From Thraustochytrium aureum (lineage: Eukaryota), in the NCBI GenBank assembly GCA_012862495.1, contig BLSG01000384.1, positions 45,790-105,002 on the forward strand: a stretch of 59,213 nucleotides of DNA. Reading direction: 5' to 3'. The notes under the pieces are model-generated. The model was not told where the DNA came from. It made no database searches and saw only the letters and a list, made by a program, of their open reading frames with translations. Shown here piece after piece: positions 31,918-44,201 of this stretch; position 1 is the stretch's first letter; the number at the start of each line of letters is the position of its first letter. The position numbers and the translations under genes were made by a program.

Positions 31918-34774
31918 CTACTTGCCGCCAAGGTTGCCGGAAGCCGAGTTTTGCTTGCGCAGCTTGGCAATCTCGCGCCGGAGCATGGCGATCTCCTTGG
32001 TCTCAAACCCCTTGGAGGCGGCATTCTTCACGCTCTTGCACCGCGACGCGAAATTGAGCGAAGCCGCCGTCTCGTTTGCATTGTAGTCAGCTGGAGAGAC
32101 GTTGACAATCATGAGCGTCTTGGCGTTCCCGCCGAGCGAGTCGCTCATGAGCTGGGTCAGCGGGTTGTTGCGGTACGGAACGTGCTTACTCCCCGTCGTC
32201 AGCGCGTTGATGACCTCGCCCAGCGACGAGAGCGCCTTGTTAATCGACGTGGCTTCCTTGAATGTCTGCCCCTCCGCGCCAGACTTGGCCACGCGCTCGG
32301 ACCCCGCGAGGTCGACCAGGGTCAGCTTGCCGCTGGTAATCTCGCCGCTCTTGTGGTTCTCGCTCTTGATCACAACCGAGATCACCAAGTGCGAGCGGCT
32401 CGACTCGTCGTTCATGTTGGTGCTGTCCGTGGACCGCCGCGCCTCGCCCGCGCGAATGTACCGCATCAGCTCTTCCTGCGTGTCCACGGGGATCACGGTA
32501 ATGTTCTCTACGTAGACCACGCCGAACTGGTCCTTCTTGATTTGGAACGCCGTCTTCGAGTTGGTAAAGTCCTTTTGGGGCTTGTCACTCAAGAGGTCGA
32601 CCAGCGTGTCCAGGTGCAGCTCGCACATGTAGACCTCCACGGCAAACTTGAAGTGCGCGCTCGCCTTGTCCATGGCAACGTAGAGGGTCTCCACGGCGCG
32701 CGGAAGGATCCCCGGCGACTCTGGAGGACCCGCCATCGTGTACGTCTTTCCCGCCCCCGTCTGTCCGTAGGCAAAGATGCAGACGTTGTACCCGTCGATT
32801 GCGCTCTGCACGAGGCGCTCCGTGTCCTCAAACACGTCGCCCTGGCCGCGTGCAGGCCCCAAGCACTTGTCGAACGCCCACGTCTTTGTCTCCGTCTTTT
32901 CGCCGCCCTTGTCCTGCTTGGTGTACGTCATCTTGATGTTGTTGCCGAAAACCTCAAGCACGTTGCTGCACCCGCGCTCCTCCTCGCGCTTGGACAGCGG
33001 CCGCACCCGCGCGCACACCCGAATCGACCCCTTGAGCTCCTCGATCTCGTTGTAATACTGCTTCTTCTCCTTGAGCTCCTTTTGCAGCTGGCCCTCCATC
33101 TGCTCCAACTCCTGCATGCGCTTTTCCAACTCTGCGCGGTGCTGCTCGCGCTCCTCTTCTGCTAGGCGCTGCATCCTGGCCATCTCCGAGAGCCGGTCCT
33201 TCTCGAACTGCATCTTGAGTCGCTCGATGTCCTTCTTCTTTGCTTCGTCGTACTCGCGCTTGAGCAGCTCGATGCGCTTGGCCGACTCCTCTGCGTTGGC
33301 CTCCTTGCTCTGGAGATCCTGCTTGAGCGCCTTGAGCTGGTTCTCAAACCTTATGTCCGCCTCGCGAGCCACGTTGCGCAGCTGGGCCACTTGCGCCGCT
33401 TCCGTGCGCGCCTTGTTCTGCGCCTCTTCAAGCCGCTTTTGCATCTCGGCGAGCTGCTGCCGGAGTTGGGCCTTTTCTTGGTCGTCTGGGTCCTCTGACA
33501 CGCGCGGCGCAGTGGGGCTGTGCACAGGGCTGCCGCTCGGGGTGCGCGGCGTAAACAGCTTGCTGGAACTGCCGCGCCGCAGCACCTGCAGCTTGCCTTT
33601 CGAGTCTTGGCTTTTCGTCTCGGCGCCTGCCGAGTCCGCGTCGCACGGCAGGCCTTCGTCTCCCGCGACGCCGTCGACATCGTCGCCGCCACCCGCAATT
33701 TTGGTCGCTGCTTCCTCGAACAGGTCCATCTCCACCGGGCGGTCCCACGTGCTCTTGTTGGATCGGTGGTTAAAGTAAAAGTACTTGCCCGTGGCCTCGT
33801 CCAGGTGCTTTTTCCACCCGTGCCCGCCCTTGCCTTCCTGCCGCGCGATCTTGGCCTTGACTTCGCTCGAGACAGACAGCTTGAGCTTGTCGTGGAGATA
33901 GTCCGCCAGTTCGTTGTGTCCTGACGCTCGCGCGTACGCCTCGGGCAGAAAACCGTTCTTGCATCGCAGAGATACGCTTGCCCCCTTGTCCAAGAGAAGG
34001 TCGCAAACCTCCTGGTTGTTCTCGCTCGCGGCATAGTGAAGTGGCGAGCAACCCGCGGTGGCCTCGATCAGATTCGATGAGGCGCCGTACTTGAGGAGCA
34101 GGTTGACGATGCGGATGGCTTTCAGGTGTTTGTTGCGCGCCGCCGGACGCGCCGAACAGTAGTGCAACGCGCAGAAACCCGCGCTGTTTTGGTGGTCAGG
34201 CTCGGCGCCGTGTTGGAGCAAAAGCTCCACGACCTCTTCCAGCTGGCCCATCGTGGCTAGGATCAGAAGAGTGTTGCCAAACTCGTCGTCGGCATCCACC
34301 AAAAAGTCGAGCTTTTCGTCCTTGATCCGCTTCACAAAGGCCTCTCGCTCTGCGTCAGTCCACTGGTCGCAGTGTTGCAGCACCTCGAGGCACTCAGCGA
34401 ACTGGATCTTGACTCTGTCCTCCTGCTGAGCGGGCTGCTGGTGGTCCAGCGGGGCCGGCTCGGACCGCGCGCTCGCCTTGTTGACTGCATCTGCAGTTGG
34501 CTCATCAAGTGCACCCCCTTCTTTCGCCTCGACATAGTTGTCCTCGCGCGCCCGCTCTGCGTCGGACAGCTTTTTCTTCGCCGTCGTGTGCGTCCGCCAC
34601 AATGCCCTTCGTGGAGGGAGACCCTGGTGAGAACGTGTTGGCGCGCTCTACTGTTGTTGGCGACTTGCTGCTCCTTGGGCCCCCGGGGCTTGCATCTTGG
34701 CCGGGGGACTGCGCGTGCGGCGCGTCAACCGGGCCGAGCGCTCCGCCGTTCTCTTTTCCAAGACCTGACCCCAT
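31918..34774 (-). CDS. Kinesin-14 (C-terminal, KCBP-type motor) with N-terminal ankyrin repeats, WW domain and coiled coil; frameshift near 34573
   Basis: ANK motifs (GNTLLILA, GFCALHY, GCSPLHYAA), WW (GWKKHLDEATGKYFYFNHRSNKSTWDRP), neck YYNEIEELKGSIRV, GQTGAGKT, SSRSH, DLAGSE and HVPYR. Removing one A from an A5 run extends the frame to ATG 34774 (MGSGLGK). Confidence 0.93.
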
Positions 34775-35368
34775 CCCTCCGCGCCACGCTGCGCTTTCGG
34801 GGCCAACTCGTGCACTTTCCCAACGCCGCACGCACTACCGACCCAAACAACCTGCCGCGCGCGTTTCGCGAGCAGGCAGCTCGTCCGCAAGGCGGCAACG
34901 GCTNNNNNNNNNNNNNNNNNNNNNNNNNNNNNNNNNNNNNNNNNNNNNNNNNNNNNNNNNNNNNNNNNNNNNNNNNNNNNNNNNNNNNNNNNNNNNNNNN
35001 NNNNNNNNNNNNNNNNNNNNNNNNNNNNNNNNNNNNNNNNNNNNNNNNNNNNNNNNNNNNNNNNNNNNNNNNNNNNNNNNNNNNNNNNNNNNNNNNNNNN
35101 NNNNNNNNNNNNNNNNNNNNNNNNNNNNNNNNNNNNNNNNNNNNNNNNNNNNNNNNNNNNNNNNNNNNNNNNNNNNNNNNNNNNAGCCTCTCGAGCTGCA
35201 GCGGCCTTTGCGTGTGCCGCAGGAAGCGTCTCGAGCTCAAACCGTGCGACTGCTGCGTGGCCTGACCTGGTCTGCAAGACCTTGTCGGCCAGACCTGGTC
35301 GCTCGGCTGCTGCTCTGCCTTTGCTGCGTCGGATGTCGGCTGTTGAGGTCGGCTTGTTTTGATGCTGG

Positions 35369-35370
<2 letters not shown>

Positions 35371-35397
<27 letters not shown>
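35371..35397. repeat. (CTG)9 microsatellite
   Basis: Read directly. Could encode polyQ on the minus strand, but the flanking sequence is not convincingly coding. Confidence 0.85.
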
Positions 35398-35399
<2 letters not shown>

Positions 35400-36609
35400 T
35401 GAGCATGTCCAACGGGTCGCTCGCGGATTGCGGGGTGACCTGTGATGCTCAATGGCTCTGTCATTTTGTATTTAGTTGCAGGTGGTCAACGCGTCTCATC
35501 CCGAAAAAGAAAATACGTACCGTGGCAGTTTGGCTGTCGAGAGAGCTGGAGAGCGCGGATGCCTTCTCTCTCGGCCCAAAGCGCTGGCACGAACGCCGCA
35601 GGCAAGCAAGGCCGCCTCGAGAGGCGACCAGCCAGAGTGACGGTAGAGCCGTTGAGTTGAACACCAACCCAGTGCCTTCACCTTACGCGGGTTCAATTAC
35701 CTCGCCCAGCAGCGACCTACTCTCTAGGTCTATTTGCGGAACGCATACCGGTGCGAAATCCTGACCGGCGCGGTGGTGTGCGCCGCCTTTGTTCGAGGCG
35801 CCAGGCACGTCACGTGACCAGCCAACTCGATTCGCATGATCATGATGATCATGAGCCGCCGCGGGACAGCCTGCCATTCGTTTTCCAGTGGTTGTCCAGA
35901 GGTTGTCGAGTGGTTGTCGAATTTCGCGAGCTTGGCTGGCAATCGGGTGGGTTGCAATCGGCTTGGCACGGTGCACACCTCGCTATCATCCTTTTCTTCG
36001 GCAAAAGGGCGTCCTTCAAGTTCAAGTTGGCGTGATGACTCCATGTCGCCGCGCCGCCGCAGTGGTAGGTACTCTAGCTAGAGGATCATCGGCGCGAGCT
36101 CGAGCTTCCTCCACTTCCGCAAGTTGGTTGCGGAAGTATGGTCGGACGTTCTCGCGTACGCGTTACGATTGATGCGAAGGCTTTCGCGAGCCAGGCACGC
36201 GTGGCGTCAACCCAACCACACCACCACCAGAAAACTGTAAGAGCAAGTCAAGTCACGCGTCTCTCATCAGGGTGGCGCACCATCGCGGCCACCAGCGGGC
36301 TGACGCGGCTTGCGAATCACGCAGGGCAGCTGCAGACCCGCAATACGATTGGCGTGCAACGAAGATTGTACTCAGTAGTTGAGTACCCACCCTGCCTACT
36401 CATTTGCAGAGTTTGCGTCCATCGGCTGGCTTCGAGCAGGCAGGCCCGCAGACCCGAGACAACGAGCTGGAGCGGGGCAGCTTTGCAGTGCTCATTCGCT
36501 CGCGTCGTCCAAGCGCGGAGCCTGCGGCTTCCGAGTCGACGGGCGGGCCTCCGCTCCCGAGCGCTGCGTGAGCGGCAGCAGGTCTCCCACGTGCGCAGCT
36601 GGTGGCACG

Positions 36610-37737
36610 ATGAACATCAAGTTGCTGCAGCTCAACATTTTCCTGCGGCCGCCGCCGATCAACTCGCTCGGCGGCGAGTACAAGGACGCCCGCATGGAAA
36701 AGTTCGCAAACGAGCACCTCGCAAAGTACGACCTCGTGTGCCTGCAAGAGTGCTTTGGCACACTCTCGTCGAGACGGCAGAGGCTCATCGCGCGCGCAGA
36801 AGAGCTGGGCTTTCAAGGCGCCACGTACAGCAAGCTCGGTTGCCCGCTTGACTGTTCCGGCAACTTCAAGTTCACGGACGGCGGACTCGTGATCTTGAGT
36901 CGCGGCGAGCAAACGTACACAGAGTTTCGGCAGTTCTCGGCGGCCTGCGAAGTTGACCGCCTCGCGAACAAAGGCGTGCTGTACGCCCGCGTCGACCTGG
37001 CGACCTCATGCAAGCGCCAGCTCCACGTCTTCACCACCCACACGCAGGCCTCATACAACTTTGCGGCCAACCAAGCCTCGCTGGACGTCAAGGCAGCTCA
37101 GGTGGCCGAAATGGCCCAGTTTGTGCGCGAGATGACTGCAGAGTTTCCCGTGGACTGGCCAATCATCATCTGCGGGGACTTCAACATGGACACGCTGCAA
37201 GCGAGCTGCCCCGAGTACGACGCAACAGTTAGGGAGCTTGCGGGGTGCTCGCGCGCGCTGCCGGGCGGCGTTGGAAGCGCCTTTGTCGACGTGATGAGGC
37301 AGGAGCACGGCGCCGCCGTTGCAACAACTGTCCCATTTGAGTGGGCAGCGACCTCGGGACTCGCGAAGCGTTCGAGTCTTCTCGTCGCGGACGACGCGGC
37401 ATATCGCCAGGTTGTCTCCTCGCGCGAGAAGGAGGCCAAGGCCGGCGGGGGCGCGCTGCAGACTACCAGCGGCGAGATCTCAGCCTCGCTGTCGTTTGTG
37501 CGCACGCCAACAAGCTATTGGTGCGACCAATGCCTCGACTATGTGTTCGCGGAAGCGGGGACCGGGCTCAGGGTTGTGAAGGCCGCCATCGAGCCGCTAG
37601 CTTGCAACGACGGCGAGGGGTTGCCATTCCTGCAAATTTCTGACCACCACGGCATCGAGGTCCACTTTGAATTGCAAGAGGCTGCCGCATCAGACGCAGG
37701 GAGCGGGCTTTTGGCGGTCGCCCCGATCGCGCGCTGA
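36610..37737 (+). CDS. Endonuclease/exonuclease/phosphatase (EEP) family, neutral sphingomyelinase-like phosphodiesterase
   Basis: KLLQLNIFLRP, DLVCLQECF, DGGLVILSR, DRLANKGVLYA (P-loop-like), TTHTQA, ICGDFN, LDYVF and ISDH. Confidence 0.88.
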   Translation: MNIKLLQLNIFLRPPPINSLGGEYKDARMEKFANEHLAKYDLVCLQECFGTLSSRRQRLIARAEELGFQGATYSKLGCPLDCSGNFKFTDGGLVILSRGEQTYTEFRQFSAACEVDRLANKGVLYARVDLATSCKRQLHVFTTHTQASYNFAANQASLDVKAAQVAEMAQFVREMTAEFPVDWPIIICGDFNMDTLQASCPEYDATVRELAGCSRALPGGVGSAFVDVMRQEHGAAVATTVPFEWAATSGLAKRSSLLVADDAAYRQVVSSREKEAKAGGGALQTTSGEISASLSFVRTPTSYWCDQCLDYVFAEAGTGLRVVKAAIEPLACNDGEGLPFLQISDHHGIEVHFELQEAAASDAGSGLLAVAPIAR

Positions 37738-38188
37738 TGATGTTTTGGTAGTGAGCAAGAGCCGGAAAGAGCTTTCGAAGGGAAATCGAGGGGGTCAAGG
37801 CTCGGCCATATCTGTGTTGTGGATGCGCTGCTGCGGGAGCAGCGTCTTGCTGGGTCCCGAACGAACATCACTCAAGCTGATCGTGCTTGACACCCAACGT
37901 CGCAGACCACGTGGTTCAAGAAACCGCGCCGAGGTCCGCGTCGCCGGCTTGCGCAACCCGACCGCGAACCAGCTCAAGCCCGCTACGATGGGCCGCAACG
38001 ATGGGGTGGATGGGTCCGGCATTCGCATTCATCAGCTTGGCAAGTTGGACAACTCGCAATGGGACGCTATTGAGAAACGCATCGCGGTACCAAGTCTCAA
38101 AATCGCGGGCTACGGTGTTGATTTATAAACAAGGTTTGCGACACGCACCGCACCAATCCAGCTGAGTCTGCAGAGAGGGCCCCAGAGA

Positions 38189-39369
38189 CTAGCTCAAACC
38201 GCGGTACGCCTCGGATTGGGGCTGCTGCTGGGTCTTCCAGAGCGGCTCAAAGGACGCGACACCACGCCGCTTTAGGTATGCGCGAGCTTGGTCCACCGCT
38301 TTACGAGCTGCAGGAGTCGTTTTCATCCACCCTTCGCGTTGCATGATGGCGGCCAGGGCAATGCGCATCGACGGTATGTCCCGACTGCGCCATTTATCAA
38401 AACCGAGGACGCGCTTGAGCTTTTTGTCAATCGAGCGCGAAGAGCGCGCGATGCCGCAAGAGTTGGCAATTTGCGCAATGTCCTTGAGCTCGCGCGACAT
38501 AAAGCAGTACACAACATGGCACAACAGCACTTCTTCGTCGTCGTCCCACTTGCCGCGACGAAAGACCTCGCCTGAGGCCCCCGCGCCGCCGTCGCTCCCG
38601 ACCGAACTCAGGTCGCTTCCGCGCCGGGGCTGACTGAACGCAGCATGCCGATGAGCAGCCACGGAATGACTGTCGGCTGCATCAGGCCGCGGGCTGCCGC
38701 TTGTGCCGAGCGCGTTGGGTGGCAAAGACAGAGACNNNNNNNNNNNNNNNNNNNNNNNNNNNNNNNNNNNNNNNNNNNNNNNNNNNNNNNNNNNNNNNNN
38801 NNNNNNNNNNNNNNNNNNNNNNNNNNNNNNNNNNNNNNNNNNNNNNNNNNNNNNNNNNNNNNNNNNNNNNNNNNNNNNNNNNNNNNNNNNNNNNNNNNNN
38901 NNNNNNNNNNNNNNNNNNNNNNNNNNNNNNNNNNNNNNNNNNNNNNNNNNNNNNNNNNNNNNNNNNNNNNNNNNNNNNNNNNNNNNNNNNNNNNNNNNNN
39001 NNNNNNNNNNNNNNNNNNNNNNNNNNNNNNNNNNNNNNNNNNNNNNNNNNNNNNNNNNNNNNNNNNNNNNNNNNNNNNNNNNNNNNNNNNNNNNNNNNNN
39101 NNNNNNNNNNNNNNNNNNNNNNNNNNNNGCCGCCGCCGCCGCTGTCCAAGGCAAACGGGTCGGCGAAAGTATGTGGCTGGCCCGTCGCGGTGCCGGCGAG
39201 CCGGCGAGATGACGCAGTCTTGCACGTCCTCCACGGTGGGGTAGCCGCACTCGTACGCCGGGCCTTGCCCAAAGGGGTCACGGACGTCCAGGCCGCTGTC
39301 GCTGAAGCCCTCGCTGAAGCCCAGGAGAGCGGGCTTGCTTGCGAACGAGTCACAACGCGGCAAAACCAT
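38189..39369 (-). CDS. Hypothetical protein with a Myb/SANT-like repeat; spans a gap
   Basis: FRRGKWDDDEEVLL...GIARSSRSIDKKLKR at about 38410-38565. The upstream part and start are uncertain because of the Ns. Confidence 0.5.
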
Positions 39370-42135
39370 GTCCCACCCAATGAAGGGCAGGTCGTCGCTG
39401 CGGATAGCGAGCCCCACGGGGCCTGCGTCGGTCGGAATTTTCCCCTGCGACCTGCGCCGCAGCGACTGGGGAGCCTCGCCGGCGGTGGAGCCTTGCACTT
39501 TCTTGTCCTTGCGCGGTCTACTCGCGGAGAGCCTGGCGCAACACGCAGGTTGTTGGTTGCACTGCCGCGCCGCGCCGCAAGCGCGAAACGAGAATGCGTA
39601 TTTGCAAGGTCTGGTGGCCACGCCGCTCGCGCAATACAGAATGCGATTCACGAAATACCCTGGCAGCGCGAAGGGGTTGCCGCTTCGCCGCGCCGGGCAA
39701 GTTGGGTGTCTAGCTCGATTCTTCTCGAGACGGTCCGGAGGCACGCGACGGTGGATGGCAAACGTCCCGAACCAGACTGCCGCCAGTGCCGCGCGAATTT
39801 GCCAGCGGTTGCCAATTGCTTTTCCCCAGCAGACGGCCTCAAGAGCGTTGTCGGCTAACGAACAAGAGGCGTGAGCTGAAGGTTTTTTCCGTCCTTCTCG
39901 CTCGCTCAATCTCAGACTTTCGATGGAACTACCCACCCCACAGCCGAGCCGGCCCAAGGAGCAGGGCCCTGCCTCCTTCAGGTGAGCGTCTCTTGTGAGC
40001 CAGGAAATCTACTATCTTCCTTGTGCGCTTGTTGGTCCGCGACAGGGTCTCACTCCATTTCTGCTCGCGTAATCCGCGCTGAACCTTTGCTGCTCGGGCT
40101 GCCCCGGCAGAATCCCATTCCAAGGTCATGCTGACTCGCGCGTTGCGGAGCGAGCGGCGCCTTCGCATCCAATGAATTGCCTTGGCAGGAGATTCGAGCC
40201 GCCCTCAGCGAGCTTGCGCGCCTGGACTCGGAGGGCCGTCGATTCTCCCATGCCGCCTCGACGTTCTGCTCTCCTATGATCGACGCTACCAGTGCGACTT
40301 TTACGGAGAGCAGCATTGGCTGCCTCGAGCAGGCTCTCTCGCTTGCCTGTATTTTCAAGTTGGCGCGACATGGCATGTCCCGCGAGGTCTCTCACTCCTC
40401 ATTCCCCAGAAAGCACTGCAAAAATGGAAGCAGTGCCGCCCGTTCCGACTGATTTCTGCAAGATGACATAATGAAACCGTCGCGTCAAGGCTTCAGCCAT
40501 CAACGCCTCAGCCTGAGGTTGATGCGGTACTCGGCGGAATGGGGCAGCGACGAACGAGGAAAGGGGCCGACCGGCACTGCGCCTTTCGTTTCTTTCACCA
40601 CGAAGTCAAGTTGAATCGTCGTCGAGAGCTTCCACTGTGCTTGCTTTCCGAGAAAAATGGACCTCATCCGCGACGCCAGCAGCACCCTCCCGCGAATTTT
40701 CTTTCTTGGACTGCCGGGAGGAATAGGGAGGATGCGAATGGATGCAAGACAGCGCGCCGGCTCTTTTCCTTGGCGGCAAGGCTGCAAACGAAACGACGCA
40801 GCAAGGCGTGTGAGAGGCGATCGCCCGTGTCGCAGTCGGGGTACATACAACAACCGCTCGTCGCCGCTCAACGAATGCATGCAACTGCGCTCAGCGTCAG
40901 TGTCCCACGGGTGTCAAACTGCAAGCGCTTTAAAGCCGCAAAATAGATGCCCGCCCTGTCATTCCGCGAGCTGTCCGACAGCGCAGGTCCCCAGCTCCGA
41001 CACGGTCGTCGCCAGGGCCGCCACATCGCCGCTTTCCAACAATGCGTTCCCCACCGCCCTTGCAAGAAGGTACGTGCTACTGGGCCAGGCGGAATCCGGT
41101 TTCTCCACATCGCTTTTCGGAGAAAACCGTTCCCCTATATATGCTTCGCAAGGTTGGAGCTGCAGGGTTGGGCCAAAAACGCCCATATGGCTGGCGCGTT
41201 CCGCAAGTACTGCGCAGGAGTCAAGCGCTGCTGGGGAGGCGTGAGTGTTGGTCGAATTTTCCGACAAGAAAAAATGTGCACTTTACCGTTCACACGTTGC
41301 TGGGAAAAGGCGCGGCGAGTCCAGGGCGTCGAACCCGCTCTTTTATCGCGCTCGCACCTGGTGCAGCCCGGCATCGAGCAGCGTTGCGCTGGAGCATTCG
41401 TTGCGCAGGCAGTGTATCCCGTTGGCTTGCTGGTGCGGACTTTTGCTGGGATCCATCGTTTCGGCGCAGCCCCAATCCACTTTTTCAAACACTACATTCG
41501 CTTCGGCAAGGACGAGGCCGGCTGGCGCCACGGGGTTCCAGATCCCCACGGCCTGCTTGGGACAAGTTGCGCTGGGCTCGGCCGAGGAGGGTCCGCCTCG
41601 GCTGGGCTGGGCTGGGCTGGGCGATTATGAAGACGGAAGGGGCCAGCTAGCGCAGAGGCGCGTCCCATCGTGGGCGGCCAGGCGACCCCAGAGTCTGTCT
41701 CCACGCCCTGGCCCTGCGATGCGGGTTGAGAGCCTGTTGCCGTGCGCATTCAACGGTCTTGCATTTCCCGCGATTGCTTTGCCAGTGCACCGTCGGTGAA
41801 GTGGTCAAGCTGCCTGGGTCATCGCTGCGACCTGCGTATCGACCCTTCATTGTAGCTTCGCCGTCTGACCCTCGACACTGCAGCACTTGTTATGCGCCCA
41901 GGCCTAAACCAAATGCGTCGGTGCTGCCACGTGCCGATCGAGCACCAGGGCCCGCCCTATTTGCATGAGCAATCTTTGGTGGTTGCAGGCACCATAGAGC
42001 GCATCGAGACGGGCTCTGTACCTTCGCAAGGAGCAGGCCGACGCCGAGTTGCAGAGATTGCGTACACGCCTTATGCGAGCTTCGTTTTGAACCGGCTGCA
42101 CTAGCCAACCCAAAGCAATGCGCAAACGTCAGTTT

Positions 42136-43197
42136 CTAAGTGAGCAGGTCCATCAACTCGAGAATGTCATCCTCGGACAACGACCTGCTCTCCTTGGTCA
42201 TTTGACCTTGATCCGCGGAACGCTCGGCCGCCGCAGCAGACCGAAACAGATCTGTTTGCGGAGCTAAAAACCAATCTCCTACTACCGGAGCTACGGCTTC
42301 TGGCGGAACTGGAGGAGCCGAGGAGAGATGAAACTGCGCAGGGCCCCCAAGGACTGCGGGCGCCGAACCTGTGCTGTACCGCGACACTGACGAGGCCGAC
42401 GAGACGGACGACAGCGAACGCGAGAGCAGGTATCGTCTCCTTCTGTCCACCTCCAAAGACACCATCAACTCCTGCCCTTGTCCCTGAACTTTCTCATTCG
42501 CCTGCTCCTGCTGATGGTCCTGCAGATAGTTGAACGAGGAGTTCGGCGGACCGGGTTTCGAAGTGTTGCACGGAGCAGGTTCCCTCGCGCGCGCATGCGC
42601 GAGCTGCATTTGCTGAGGTGCCGTTTGCAAAGGCGTCGGTGAAGGCGCCGCGGCAGGCACTGCCGGAGCTTGTGAAGGGGCGCTTACTGAGCCTCGCCTG
42701 GAGCCCGAAGTGCCACGACGTTTGCGGAGGCTTGGGTCCTTAAAGTTGCGGCGCAAGCTGTGGTCGCGGGCCATCGAAGCGTAAAGCTTGCGGTTGTACT
42801 TGCGGCGAAGCCTCTTGGCGCGGAAGCGCTGCAGAATCTCTGCGCGTGTCCTCGTTGTGGTTTGCGGTCCCGCGCGCTCGCCACCGCCAGGGGACGCGGG
42901 CCTGTCGAGGGACTGCATACAGGGCTCCAAAGGGGCCGCCGAGCGGCTTTGCTCTGTGCACTGCCGCCCACTTGCTGTGTCGCTCGCTTTAACGACCAGG
43001 TCTGCGTGGCTTCCCAGGCGGTTCGCGAGACTTGGGGGGAAGCTCCGGCGCGGCGCCGCCGTGCAGCAGACCATCTCCTCCGTTCGCGGCTCTGGCTCGG
43101 GATTGCCCGCCAAGTCGCGCGGTCTTGCGCTCGCAGAGTCGTCCACGGCGCGCTCGCCTTTTCTCGGAGTCAGGTCCTCTTTCCCCAACACGAACAT
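42136..43197 (-). CDS. Putative transcription regulator with a partial CCT-like motif
   Basis: RAEILQRFRAKRLRRKYNRKLYAS resembles the first half of the CCT motif. The rest is disordered, with an acidic helical C-terminus (LSEDDILELMDLL). Confidence 0.55.
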   Translation of the reverse strand: MFVLGKEDLTPRKGERAVDDSASARPRDLAGNPEPEPRTEEMVCCTAAPRRSFPPSLANRLGSHADLVVKASDTASGRQCTEQSRSAAPLEPCMQSLDRPASPGGGERAGPQTTTRTRAEILQRFRAKRLRRKYNRKLYASMARDHSLRRNFKDPSLRKRRGTSGSRRGSVSAPSQAPAVPAAAPSPTPLQTAPQQMQLAHARAREPAPCNTSKPGPPNSSFNYLQDHQQEQANEKVQGQGQELMVSLEVDRRRRYLLSRSLSSVSSASSVSRYSTGSAPAVLGGPAQFHLSSAPPVPPEAVAPVVGDWFLAPQTDLFRSAAAAERSADQGQMTKESRSLSEDDILELMDLLT

Positions 43198-44201
43198 CTA
43201 CATGCAGCAGAAAAGCGAAGCTGACAAGTGTGGTTTGCGGTTTGCTGCAGGGCGTCGAGCAGCTAAATGAGCGCGGGGCTTTCCTCGCTAGAGGGCGAGC
43301 CGCCGTGTCGCGGCCTCACGCGCTCGCTGCGCTGGGCCTCGGCCTCCAGAGTGTCTGTCGTCAAGTATGTGAGATTCCACGACTGTGGGCCCCTCCTTGG
43401 CGCGCACCCTTGAAAAGGCCCCAGAGAGCGCGTTTGAACTTAGGTTGTCTCGCGAGGAACGATTTCGGCCCCTGAACCTAGCTAGGTAGGATGCACAACT
43501 GCAGTCCGCCCATTGGGTGTCCAGTGCCGTGGCACTTGGCTTCCCGGGACGTCACCGTTGCGTTGCCTTGCGCTCGACTTGCGTCCGTCGAGGGGGCGCA
43601 GCACTCAGACATGCAGCCGTTGAAGTTGCAAACTGCCAAGCCTGACATGCCAGTGCGCCGAATGTTGTTCGAGCGTCCCGGGAGGTGAACGAACATGGAG
43701 CGCACGAGCAAGCGGCAACGGCGCTCTCCGAGCCTGCGGCAAGGACGCGCTTCGCTGAAAGATCCATCCTCTATCGAGGCGCCGCCGGCCCGTGTGCCTC
43801 CAAGCACACTCCGAAGGCCAATGGTAGAGCGCCTTCCAGACAGGAGGTAGGAGTTGGGACTGGGCTTCAGCGGTGAAGCTGAATTAGAAGTAGTAGTTCC
43901 AGTTGGCCAACTCAGCAGCAACAACCCACTCGCCATTTTTTCACCAACTGCTAACGGCAACTGGCCCGCATCCGCCGGCGCGTGAATGAGCGAGCAGCTG
44001 TGCTGCCAGCTTTTCGCAGTACCCTTCTCTTGAAAAAACCTTGACAGTGAGCGACCTTGATGAAAAGAAGGAGCGTCTGCCTCCCAGATGGTTCCCTTCA
44101 TGCAACTCTTCTCGCGCCCGCTGTCGCGTCCGTGATCCTCACTTGGTCGGAGATTGAATGAAGCTCATCACATGCTGTTCCTCAAATCGAATGGCCAAGA
44201 C

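Noticed and set aside
35185..35412. PolyQ ORF (MLNQQQQ...) as the first exon of the kinesin
   Set aside because: An in-frame stop precedes the kinesin's ATG at 34774, the link runs only through Ns, and the flanks are not convincingly coding. It cannot be fully excluded.
39400..42100. Many short overlapping ORFs; possible transposon
   Set aside because: No codon bias, no RT/integrase/transposase motifs and no terminal repeats seen. Treated as intergenic.
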